DNA from: Yuukianura sp. NJ FZ-2021
Lineage: Eukaryota
Length of the DNA stretch: 64,000 bases
NCBI GenBank assembly: GCA_046563655.1
Contig: CM102284.1
Coordinates: 7,998,001-8,062,000, forward strand
Direction: 5' to 3'
Below, one piece after another: positions 31,641 to 44,400 of the stretch. The notes under the pieces are model-generated. The model worked only from the letters and a program-made list of their open reading frames with translations. It was not told the DNA's origin and made no database searches. The position numbers and the translations under genes were made by a program. Every line of letters begins with the position of its first letter. Within the stretch, counting starts at the first letter, position 1.

Positions 31641-32447
31641 GTTATTTTTTTGCGGAGCAGCGGAATTGGGCATGCCAGAAAAAAAACTTTTTTAACTGGC
31701 GTTAAACTTTTGCAACAAAAATGCACTTTACATTTTAATTACAATTAAAAGTTAATCGGTGAATTCTTTAATTAGTTACTAATTCAGTTTAAAGTTTTGT
31801 AAATCAGTCAAAGAAAGCCTAGATTTGCACAACTTACCATTTCGAGTATCCTGAAACTCCTTTTCTAATGAAATCGTAAAGTGAAAGGTCAAAGGTCAAT
31901 TTCTTCTTACTTTGGAAAATTACAACTTTAGAATAAAATCTTGAATTTAGTTTACTTTTGCAATAAAAAAGTTAAAGTCTATTCTCCATTGTTAACCAGG
32001 AAGTTAATTGCGGTGTGACATCAATAACTAAAGTCAATGAAAAATCGTGTGGAAATGGATGCTCCCTGGAACGCAGCATCAGAAGAAGATTCCACATTTA
32101 TTTCAATTCAAAATGCTTAACACTTAACTTCTATACTAACATTTAGTTAATTCAATTAATTCGTAACTCCTGATCAACTTGTATTCACATTCAATAGAAA
32201 AATACAAATGACAAGCACAGTACTTAGAGTATGATCTTGAAGAATGGAAAATTTGAGCCCGTTTGATCTCCGCCGAGACCAAACCAATAAAAGTTTGGAG
32301 TTATGGAAGTTTTTAGATAACTTTAGAACAAGGTCAATAAAGTTTAAGTGATAATGCAAGGACGGAAGTTACAAACTGTAAACACCAAAGGTCAAAGAGG
32401 TCAACGACTTCATCGCTGCTAGGAAAGTACACAAAAGGTCAACGAGG

Positions 32448-35400
32448 TCAAACATTCAGCTCCTCAAACGGCATGAGCTTCTGACTGCTGGAGCTGCCTG
32501 GAATGTGACAGGCGTGACCTCCACTGCCTTTGTGCTGTAACGTTGAAAAGTTGGAGACGCTTCTGGGTGGAGGCGGTGGCTTTGGTAACGTTGACATGGA
32601 CACTCCAATGCCTCCGTTATTCGTTCTAAGAGTGCCGATTCCAAGCAACTGAGATGCTGAGGGGTAGTGTGACCCTTGACCTTGACATTGGTGGTGGTTC
32701 ATCTGCGCCTGCGTGGGACTCAGGAGGATGCCACGATGGTGCTGCGTCGACGCAGAAGTGGTCGTAACTGGAGTTCCACTTGGACATTGGTGGATTCCGT
32801 AGTCAGTCCCAGTCTGGGAACAAGTGGAAATGGAGTTGGGCCCCACGTTGTGCCCCACCTGACCCACGTTGGACTTCAGCAGTTCCGGTGGCTCCGAATA
32901 CTTCCCGCGCTCCTCAGAGTCTCCGCCTTGCGAATTCTTGAGTTGCTGAGCTCGTCGTTTGTCGCGTTGGTAGTAAACCAGGGCAAAGATAAACACGTTC
33001 AGAATCAGCAATGCACAGCCTATACAAAAGAGGAAAGGATTATTTTTTTATATAATAATAATATAATAATTTGTATTCATTTATAATAAAACTAGTGTTA
33101 AGCGTTTTATTTCACACATCGCTCAATTTGAAGTCGACGCTGCTGGAGAAAGTGCTTTGGATCTCGTAATTTTTTCTTCCTTTCTCTTCTCTCTTTCGTT
33201 TTTTCTTGTTTGAATTCTTTTTCAAATTTTCTTTGAACCTTTTTTTTGAGAGTGAAAGGAAGTGAGAACTTTTTAATTTAAAGTGTCCACGTCTAACACA
33301 TGTTGTGAGCCTCTGCTTTTGACATGGACGCCGCCCTACTTTCTCCCGCTTCTTTTACTCAAAAACTTAATTTAGTCTAACATTTTCAAAAGAAAAAGTT
33401 TAAGACCCCCCTCTCCTTGGTTGAAGATCTTAGACCCCCTCCCCCCTTCCTTGGCTGAGAAGGGGGGGGGGGGTTCGTGATACCAAACTTACCAATTGCA
33501 ATCGTGACGGAAAGCGCCGTGGAGTAAGGAGCGAAGATATTGGACACTTCGAAGACCGTGGCATTTGAGCCGTACTTGTCCCTTGACCCACCTTGACCCC
33601 CGGTTGAATTCTTAGCTGAATACACTGGAGAGAAGCACGTGGTGGGTGGGGAGGGGGGCCCACCATCCATATCCTCAAGGTCACCCGCTCCAGGCCCACC
33701 CACCCCCGTTCCAGCGTCAAATCCAAGGTCAAACAGTTGGGGGTTTAGAATTTCGTCGTCTCCAACCACCGAATTCCGAATACTGCAAATTCAAAAATTA
33801 AAAGTCTTTAGTTCTAAATTCAAAAATTCCCAAAATTAAAAGTCTTTAATTCTAAATTCAAAAATTCCCAAAATTAAAAGTCTTTAATTCTAAATTCAAA
33901 AATTCCCAAAATTAAAAGTCTTTAGTTCTAAATTCAAAAATTCCCAAAATTAACAGTTTTAGTTCTGAAATCCTTCTGAATTTGGCATCAAACGCCTCAA
34001 TTAAAAAATTCATTTCCAAATTTCGAAAAGTTTTCTTATTCGAAAAACGTGAAAACGGGCAGTTACGGGCGTAGCAACCCATAATCGCCGAACCAAAAAC
34101 CGCCGCTCCAATAACCGCCGCTCAATAATCGCCGAAAAAATAACCGCCGCCATGCAACAACCGCCGCTAGGCAAAAACCGCCGCCCGGAAAAATCGCCGC
34201 TACAATAACCGCCGCCACCCAAAAACCGCCGCCATTCAGAAACCGCCGCCACACAGAAAATGTTCAATTCCAGTTGGTTCAAAGGACCAGTTGGTCCAAT
34301 GCCGATTAGTTCGACACAGAATTTGTTTATTTTCCCGCGCCGAAGGCGCGGTGTTAGGTTTGGTAAAACCGGCAATACTGATTACGTCTGTAGGTTCTAC
34401 CGTATGATTAAAATAGTTAGCGTATTGCTTTTGATGTTGGTGGGTACAAATGTACCGGTCCGATTGGTTGGTAGGTTCAATTCCATCATCGGCACAAAAA
34501 TTTGGACTGGTAGGTACTGTCTGGTCGCCCAAGTTTACTTCGACCGATTTTTCAATGTGTCAGGTGTTCCTGGCGGCGGTTTTTCATGGCGGCGGTTTTT
34601 GCCTAGCGGCGATTATTGTTGCGGCGGTTCTGCCTAGCGGCGGTTTTCCCCTAGCGGCGGTTTTTGCATGGCGGCGGTTATTTTTTCGGCGATTATTGAG
34701 CGGCGGTTATTGGAGCGGCGGTTTTTGGTTCGGCGGTTATGACATGGAACCGTTACGGGGACATTACTTTTAATTAATTTTCTCTCTCTCACTTTCGCCC
34801 CCTCCAAAATGACATGATCAAAGAAAAGACGGGAAAAGTTAAGCAAAATCGGTTTCGATGGGCCATCACCTTTTAGTGAAGGGGAGACTTAGACTCAGTA
34901 AGGGGGGGGACTTAAGTGTTAGTCGTTTGGCTTAATGACCAACAACAAATTAGGAGGCAAGGGTCCCTGACACTTGAAGAAAGTGAAATTGAGCCCCCCT
35001 CCTGCCATAACACTTGACGCCTAAAGAAAGTTAGGGGAAATTAGGAAGAGAAAGGGCCCCCTCTGGTGACTCTCAATTTCCGCCTGTCTCGGCTCATCCC
35101 TTAAACCTAGTCTAACAAAACCTAATCCCCAACCATCTTCTTTCTTCAAAATTTTCAAAAAGTGAGGAAAAAAGTCATAACTTTTGAAGTTCAACTCTTT
35201 TTCACAAAATCATGGCTGCTTTCACCTCGTTTTCCTCATTGTAAACCCTCAACGCCTCAAAAAACAAAATTAAAAACGTCTCTATCTCTTTCCTTTTTGC
35301 AAAAATAAGGTTGACCTTCACCACACGATGTTTTTTGAAGTTTTGAAATTTGGCAGGTTCAAAGGTTGTGTTTTTTTTTGAAAATTATGTTTTCCAAAAG

Positions 35401-38400
35401 TTATGTTTTTGAAAAGTTATGTTTTTCACCTTCCAACGTAGAGCGATGGGTCGTTGCCTCCTTTCATGCGATTGTGCAAACTGGAAGCGTAGTGAGCTCC
35501 ACTTCGTTGTAGTTCAGGGACCAACCTACAGTAAAAGTAAAAGTTAAAGTTCAACCAGCAGGAAAAGTTAGAACAAAGTGACACTTTTGTGTTCATTTTG
35601 AAAAGGAAAGTGCTAATTCAAGTAGCCGAGAAAGTTGAAGCGGCGAGAGTAACTAACAATGCAGAAAATGTCACTGTAAGACGAGACCCAGTTAAAGTGA
35701 AAATGAGAACCTTAAGTCATCAACTTTACTTTTGCGAAATTTAAATTAAAACACGAAAAACCTCATTTTTCATTTCAAATTTTCACTCTAGTTTCAAAAT
35801 TTAAGAACCTAAACCACGAGCTCTAAAACTTTCAAAGAAAATTTTTCAACAAAAAGGACATTTTTTTACTTTTTTTAAAAAGCTTAGCTCATTTCTCTTC
35901 AACTTTCTCCGTTTTCTTCCGATTTCAACATCTTGTGACCAAAACCTAAAACTTTTTCTACATTTTGAAATTGTTAAGGTATATTATGAAATTGTTAGGG
36001 TATGTTTTTTACTTTATGTTGTGTTACCTCAGCCAAATGGCCATTTGATGTGATCTGTAATGACTCTTCATTTTGACTTTGGATGCTGATACTTCCAAGT
36101 ACTTTTGCTGGAGGCGGTCATAAGTTTCCCATGGACTGTTTCTGAATCGATTCCTTTCTTTTGACAGAGGCCATGTTTGATCTGGTTTGAGCGGCTCATT
36201 TGGATCACTGCAAAAGTCAAATGCAAAGTTCAAAAGACCAAAATGAGGAGAAAAGGAATTGGATGACAAAAGTTACCTGGAAGAGGCAAAGTTGGAGATG
36301 AAAGTGATCATGAGTTCAGCCAAGGCCATTTCGGATTTGGTGAAGTTGGCAGGAAGTGGATTGGGGACGAAGGGGAGAACTTGACCTGTCATCAGTTCAA
36401 TCAGAGGAGACCCCAACATGTAACTCAGCTCCTCACCTCCCGCTGCACCCGATCGCTAACACACAACCACACAAACACATTTAATTACATTCCCACTCAC
36501 ATCACACAAAGTATAGGCTAACCGTAACCAAAAAGTTAGGGTAAAAGTGGACCTCAAACGGTTACGTGTCGTTTTTAGTCTTCTGGAGACGCATGTCTAC
36601 GACATGCTGAAGAAGACTATTGATACGACTTTGTCCGTCTGTCTGTCTGTCTGTCACGTTTTTTAGGACTCATTGCACTGAAACATTAGCCCCATCGCAG
36701 TCGGGGGGTTATGTATGGCTCGAGAGTTTTCAGTAGGTCTACATTGCACTCAAAGTGTTAAATTAACAACGTAAAAGTTGGCGGCTACTTTACGTACCCG
36801 CAGTATCGTGGCTCTGCAAAACAGTTTTGGTTTCGATTGCACTCAAGGTATTTATAAACAACGGAGTTTTGATCTGGTCATTTTCTGGCAGTATGTTTAG
36901 TTACGTTGTTAAATTAAGACTGATTAGACGGTAGAAAATCCGGCTTAAATTGGTAACATGTAAACACTTCCAATTAGCCTTTGCAAGAAATTTTTACAAT
37001 TTTGATTTTAACAAGCTATATTCGATTCTATTACTTATGCACTTGATTTGGACCGATTTTGATTTTAAAAAAGCTATATTCGGCGCCTGCCACTCAACGT
37101 TTAATTTTGTGCACACTTAAGTAAGATGCACAAATGTCGCACTGGGCAGTTATTTTGACGTTGTGTTGTGGACGTTAATATTAGCAATTTGTGCATATTT
37201 GAGCACAATTGCACATTTATCATAAACAATGTGCATTATAAGCAAACCATTTTACGTAGCAAGTTGCGGAACAGTTGTGCAACTTGTTTAACACCATAAT
37301 TTTAGTGCAGCTATGTTAACACTGTGTTTGCTATATTGTCATGACAACATTGACATTTGTGCATTTTACTCAACAAAAAATATGAACATCATTTCAGTGC
37401 AGATGTTTTGGAATTTACAACTGGAAAATGATTTTAGTGCAATTAAACAGTAAAATTATCAACGCAGTTTTGATGCAGGCAACTCATGCACAAAATAGAC
37501 CTTCATATCCGCGCTGAAAATTATTAGCGCTGTTTAGAAGAATGTCATTAAAACGGTTTCTTATGGTAATTGTTGAACGGTTTTGAGCCGACCGGGTTGA
37601 GTCATATCAATTGTCTACTCCTCCAGAAGACCTATGCTCAACCCTTGAGCATTGCCCTACCTTGTTGTTAGTTTGAATTTAAAATCAGCGAAAAAGAAAA
37701 AAAATCGAAATCTAAAATAAATTCTGGAATGAATTCTAAAATAAAGGAATTTGAGAAAAAAAGAGAAAGTTTTGGTTTTTGGTAGAATTTAGTAATCAGT
37801 GGGCCTTTTGCTTTGAGCTTTGTAGCATTCGTAGCATTAGGCATTTTGTGCAATCCCGAAGCTTCAAAATATGAAATTTTTCAAAATTTTGAAAGTTGAT
37901 CTGAAAAGGTTAAGTTGTCGGTTATGTTAGTTTGAATTTAAAAAACAAGAAGAAGAAAGATAAAAAAAAAAGCGAAAATAAAACTGAAAACAGAAGAAAA
38001 TGAAAAGGAGAATTTTTTTTTCGTAGAAATTCGTAATCAGCGGGTAAAAAAAATGGCGGGCTTTGGATTTAGAATTTTCGGAAAATCCGAAGTTTTTAGG
38101 ATCTGAAATTTTTCAAAATTTTGAAGTTGACCTCTGACCTGATAGTTGTAAAGTCCATCGCGTGTGGCGTGGTCAAAGACGTAGAAGAAGGCTTTGTTGA
38201 TTTGGGAAGACTCGGAGGCTCCAATGACTGGAGCGAGAGACAGACAATCAGTCACGGCATTCAGGGTCAGGTCACGCGTAGCAATTGGATGCTGAACAGA
38301 TCTGAAAAATTTTGAAAATTGAAATTTTTAAATTTTTAAAATTAGGTTTCAAAATTTCAATGAAGGGCCGACTTAGTATTTACCTTTCCCAGTCTGTGTA

Positions 38401-41400
38401 CTCGTTAATCACTGTGGCTAAAATTTCGTTCAAGTGGAATCTATAGGAATTACGAATCACTGTTCTCAGAATAGCGTCTCTCCGCTGACCTTCAAAGCCA
38501 AAGGTCAAGTCAGCCTGAAATAAAATTTTGAAATTTCGATTTCGAAAAAATTTGGAAAAAAAAGTGTGATTTTTGAGGAATTTGAAAAATTACCTCACTA
38601 AATTCTATCATTTTCTCCAAGGAAGACAGTCCGAATAGCAAGTCATACTTTTTGACCAAGTCTCTCTTTCCCATTGAGTCTTTGCTTGTCTATCAAAATC
38701 AAGAAAAAGTTCTTCCAAAAAGTGAAAATTTTGAACTTTTTAGTTTTTTTTATACTTGTTCGTTTTTTTGAAGTTACCTTAAAGTAAGGTTTGATCACAA
38801 TTCCGTCCATCGTTGGGCCAAACTCTACGGAAAACTTGTTTGGAGCAAAATTGGAAAAATTTGAAAAGTGTTTCGTTTTGAGGCACTCAAAAATTGGATG
38901 TTGATGACTAGATTTCCCTTGTGGGTGAAAGGACGTTCCGGTGGCTGTGGGTCCTGGCAGTGGGGCAGTCACGTTCCCACCACTCACGGCCCCACCGGAA
39001 CTGTTCGTGGGGCTTGGTGGGGCCGAACAGTTGAGACTCTGGGCCAAGGCAGTAGCTGCTGCAAGTGGGTCGGCTACTACTGCCCACGGGGCAAACGCAG
39101 AACCACCGATCAGGATGGACCGATGAAACAAGCCTACAACATGTCAGTCAAAGTAATTGGATTGCTTACATTTCAACATAAACATAACCTTAGCCTAACG
39201 TAAAGTTAGCCTAACATAACCTAAAAGTTAGCCTAACATAACTTAATCGATGATTAGGTTAACCTTAAGGGCCCTTCACTCTCGTACTAAATTCACAAAA
39301 CTTTCTCTCTTCGTTAAATTCCCAAAACTCTCCGTTTTCTCTCGATTTTCATTTTTTTTCAAATTCGGGGAAAATGTAAGTCCGCCCTCGAACCAAATTT
39401 CTAAAATTATTTGGCAATCTTGTTCTAAATTTTTTTTTCTAAAAATCTCCATCTTGAAGAGATGATGTTCTAAAAAGAAAAAAGAAGGAGAATATTTTAT
39501 AGCCAAAAGCTAAACCTCATCACATCCTTACGTCAGCTCCACAAAATTTTCGCTGAGAAAGCTACACTTTCTCTCCTTCAAAATCAAACGCACGAGGAAA
39601 CTCTCAAGTTTCAACCTCATTTTTATTCCCCAGAAACCAAACTTTTTAGAAAAACATGGAAAGTTAAACCTCCTTCTAAAGCCAAAAATTTGTTTTTGAA
39701 TACTCTCCCGTAATCCAGGAAAGGAAAAATCGGTTCAAAAGATTTTCAAAATGTAAAAAAGCGGGTTTTTAATAGGGTGTAGTGTGCATGTCCCCATTTC
39801 CTCATTAGAGCTTTACGAATTCTATCTTTTCCAATTTTCTTTGATGATCACTTTCACTTTGAGTAACGACGTACCAACCTCCTTTCTTTTCTCATAACGA
39901 TCAACAAAATTTCGAAATTGCCTCTAACCATAATTTTACAAAAAAAAAAAAATCGAAAAGTTAGGCTACTCCACTTTTCATCAAAAAATCTACAAAGAAA
40001 CAGGAATATCGCAGCCGACTTTGCACAATCACTAATCATAATTCCAGTGGTCTCAAAATCCCAATAAATTAAACTAACGAGAGTAACTAAAAAATAACTT
40101 TTGTTCAAAATGTTTCCAAAAACAACTTTCTAAAAAAAAGTCACAAACCTTTACACTAGCATTCTGATTGAGGTCAAAGGTCAAGACTAAGTTTTTACCT
40201 GGCATCACAGCGGGCGAGGACATGAGAAAGTGAACACTGGCAGCACCGGCTTCGTATCCTGAAAAAAATTGAACAAAGTCAGTTTTTTCGTGGTTCTATG
40301 CAATACGGTCAAAAACAATTTGATCAAAAAGTGAAAACGATCAAACATAAAATCTAGCAATGACATTTTTTACTTTTTGATCAAATTATTTTGACGGTTT
40401 CGCCTGCTACAGTTTTTGGTTGGATTAAGAGTTTCGAAATTTGAAACTAGCCAATCAGGAAGGCGGATTAGGATGATAGGTGAACTTTTTAGCCTGGGGC
40501 GTTTGAAAAGTAAGTGTTTCGTGGCTTACCCATAAGCGTAATGTTCTCAGGGTCTCCGCCGAAGAACATGATGTTCTCTTTGATCCAATGAACTGCTGCA
40601 ATTTGATCCAGCAGTCCGTAATTCGACACTTCCGCCTTCCTGCCCGGAGTTGTGTTCAAGTTAAGGAATCCTACAACATTCAAAGTATCAAGTGAAGCAT
40701 TCCAAACTTTTGAAAAAGTCCGGGCTTTTTTGAAAATGCCCTGGAGAGAACGTCAGAGGTCAAAGTTACCAAGGACACCAAGGCGGTAATTGAAAGTGAC
40801 AAAAACGATGTCTCCATAGGCAGCCAACACAGTTCCGTCTACTAAATTCCCACTGCCCCATGCAAACTTCCCTCCGTGAATGTAAACTATGACTGGCTTC
40901 AGTTTCGGATCTGGACCTGCAATTTGGAAAATTACGCTATTTCAAAAACACGTAGCCAAAAACGTAACTTTTGCTTATGTTAGGCTAGTTTACGTCTCGG
41001 TTGAGAGAGAAAGTCAAGGGAAAAGGCATGATTCGATTGGACATGTTAATGGTCCAATCAAACTGTCCAATCACTGAGGCTTTCCCTTGTGCCTATTTAG
41101 TTTTCACGAGAGAAAGTACTTGCACAAACAGTGGAGGTAAACTGGTCAACAGCAATTTAGTCGACACTTGTTTGGTCAAACATATTCGTGGTACAGGGTG
41201 GCCCCTAGAAGTTTGAACCCTCTTTCTTTTCCTCTCACTATTGTCATAAGAAACTCATGTGAGAGTTTCTCTTTCTTTCACTTGGGTACAGAGATTAAGG
41301 GGCCACCCTGTATAAAGGTTTAACAACAACCAAGAAAGAAAACTTTATTTGGCTAAATTGCTGTTGACCAAGTTGTTGTTGGTTGTGTTGCGACTGTTGT

Positions 41401-44400
41401 TGTAACTATGTTTTCCATTTAATCAGAGTTGGTACAGTCCCCAGTCACATAATTTTTGGGTTGGAGGGAGTAACTATGGCTTGGACGGCGGGAGTAACTA
41501 TAAGTTAGGCCTGTGTGCAGGGAGTAACTATCCCTTTGGACCGAAAGTAATGAATCAGAGTCCACTAAATATAAAATTTCGTGCCTTCCACATAACTCAG
41601 GCGCTTCTAGACAAAGAAAAAACAAACAAACACTGTCTGTTTGTTTTTTCTTTTCTTCCAACCTTTAAACAAGGCCGGTTTCTTTTGAACTGGAGAAAGT
41701 CCAAGGTTTTAGTCGGAGATAAAAGTCTCTAAGTGCCTCTTCACTCTCCTTTTCTCCAGAATCCTATAATGTCCAGACACTAAAAATGGACCAAGGGGGA
41801 TTATAACTAATTCCAATCTCATTTCCAAGTCCAAGCGCCACAATCAGCCAAACAATGTCATTAACCCCCCCCCCCTAAAACCTGACCCCCCCCCCTCTTG
41901 ATTCTTTGAAAAAACTAACTTTGGGCGAAGTTTCTTCGAATTAGATTTTCTAAGTTCCAATTTATGATAATTGGAGTCCAGTCGAAAGGGATTTCTGGGC
42001 AGTAGGAGGACAATGATCTGTTGGTCAACTTGGCTTTTTAGAAAAAACGAAAGAAAACCGAAACGGAACGGAAATTCGGGTAATATTTTACCCCCCCCCC
42101 CCTCCCCTTCGTTGCTAGCCATACCCTGGACCCCCCCCCCTTGGGTGGGGAGCGGTAGAGAGCCCTGGGAGAAAATGAAAGTGTACAGAGGCCATTAAAG
42201 GAGCCCATTTAGATCTCCAATCTCACAGGATCTGAGAGAAAGTAAAAAGAGAGAAAGTCTCATCCTCTCGTACCCCCCCCCCTTTCTCCGCAACCCCCCC
42301 CCATGACCAGACTATGTTTTGCGGAGGGGGGGTGTAATTAGCGTAAATAAACAAGGATCTTTTTGGTACCCAGAAGGACACGCAGGAGTCGCATTAATTT
42401 CACTCTTCTCCGTAACATTGGTTGTAATGACTGTAAATGGCGGGAGAAAGAAAGTTCTGGTGTAAAACAACTAGAAAACGCACCAAGTGAAACTCTAACA
42501 CGCAATTTGGAATACTAAAATCCGCTCTTAAAGACTAAAAAAATTTTTTTGAAAAAGAAGATTTCAAAATTTCCAAGAGCAGCAGAGCTTAGTTTTTAAA
42601 ATTCACTGGACTATGGACTACTTAGCAATTAAAAACTACGTAAAATATAAAAATCGGAACTCCTTTTCCCAAATATTTGAAATTAAACAAACCTTAATGA
42701 AAAGTAAACTAAAAGTTCCAAATTCGTTAGTTTTCTCTGCGTTTAAGCAGTTAAGGGCCCCTGGCCAGAAGATCAATAGCCAAAGGGGGCCCTTAATTAC
42801 ATTCTGCCCTTGTTATTTTTTTAGTCGTGTGAACCTTAAGTCCCCTCGCAGTTTGAAGTTGTTTTTCACTTTCTGTGTGGTTGGTTTGTGAATTTGGTTT
42901 TTGTGGAAGTAGGGAGTGAACTAATGCAATTCCTGAGGGCAACTTAAATCCCACGGCTTTCCCCTTCTCGTTTCATCTTCTCAGTCGTTAGTTTGAACTC
43001 TGGCGGCTCAACTCCAACTTCCCACTTTCTTTTATTTCATCTCGAGGTTGATTTTCACTTGTGACTGATTAGGCCTAGCACTGTAGTTACTCCCTCCACC
43101 AGTAGTTACTCCCTCCAAGTCCAACTTTTGATTAAACTTTCACTCCTGCCCTCCACCTTCTCTCTATGGAGCCAAGGAGGTCATGGCTTGTGTCACAAAT
43201 TGAATTAACTCACACACGACCAACAAGATAGCCAACTACACCCACACATCTCACATGAATCAATTTTTAAAAATTTAGACTTTGAACGTTTTCTGAAGAA
43301 AAGAAGAAGATGTTTGTTGACATTTAACACAAATTTTTCAATTTTTCCAAAAAAGGAAAAGTGGAGAAAGTTGTGATGTGATTTTTCCTTTGAATAAAAA
43401 ATGTTGAAGAAAGGCAGGGAAAAATTGAATTTCCTTCTTTTTTAAATATGCAACGCACATTGTACAGAAATGTGCTGAAGCACAGGAGAATTTTTTTTCC
43501 TAAAAATTTTCTCTCTTGGATTTGGAGAAAGGATGGGCTTGAATTTTCAGTTTCGAGCGGGAGAGAGAAAACTCAATTCAAATTTTCCGTTTCCTTTTCC
43601 CAAACTTTTAGTATTTTTTTGAAAAAGCGTAGAGAGTGGTTTCTGTTTCGAGAGAAAGGCGACATGTGTGTTTAGTTTCGTGGCTCCAGCAGATGCTTTC
43701 CCTCACTTCCTCTCTCCCACAATAAATACAAAGGCGCAAATCTATAAAGTATTGGAGGGAGGAGGAGGAGGAGGAGGAGGGAGGAGGAGGGAGGAGGAGG
43801 AGGGGGACAGTAAGCATCAGTCACCATTTCAACAGAAAGACCCTAACAATCCAATTCAAAATTCACCAGGAAATGTAACCCGACTCTTCTTCTCCTTAGT
43901 GAAAGCAGATTCTAGAAATATTGTAGAAAATGCTCTAACAAGAAACCAGAAGAGTTTAGAACGAGAGCAGAAAATCCTGGGAATTCTAGACTGGAACTCT
44001 TGAATTTGAGCTACTATTGAAGTAAGACGAAAGATCTTGAGTGAAAGTAACTCCTACACTCTAACATTTGAGAAGATTCAATAATAGTCAAAGCTCCTTT
44101 CAATTTATTTTATGCTAATGCCAATTTTACTTTCTCTTTCCATTTAGTCAGTTCCATTTCAATCTTCCGCGAATTCCAAAAAATAACTTTACTCTAGAAA
44201 CCTAACCTTTACGTTACAGAACGTAAGGTTCAAGTTAGTTTTTTGGCCTAAACCTTTATGTTAGTTTTTGGCAAGTTTCACACTTCGTGAGTCCTTAGTC
44301 ATGATACAGAGTTATAAGAAGTGTTGGCAGTTAGTGTCAGAGGAAACGAGGAAATGGGGAAACGAGGAAACTGTTTTTGCCTATGCTAGGTTTCTTTTTA

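Noticed and set aside
34010-34846. Overlapping ORFs on both strands (GGGF/RR-rich)
   Set aside because: Mirror-image translations of the foldback arms.
37666-38130. Degenerate ~250-bp tandem duplication in neuroligin intron as a duplicated exon
   Set aside because: The duplicated part is intronic AT-rich sequence with no coding similarity to the neighbouring exon.
43668-44003. 111-aa ORF with poly-Gly/Glu
   Set aside because: Driven by a GGA microsatellite in the neuroligin intron; no homology or splice support.
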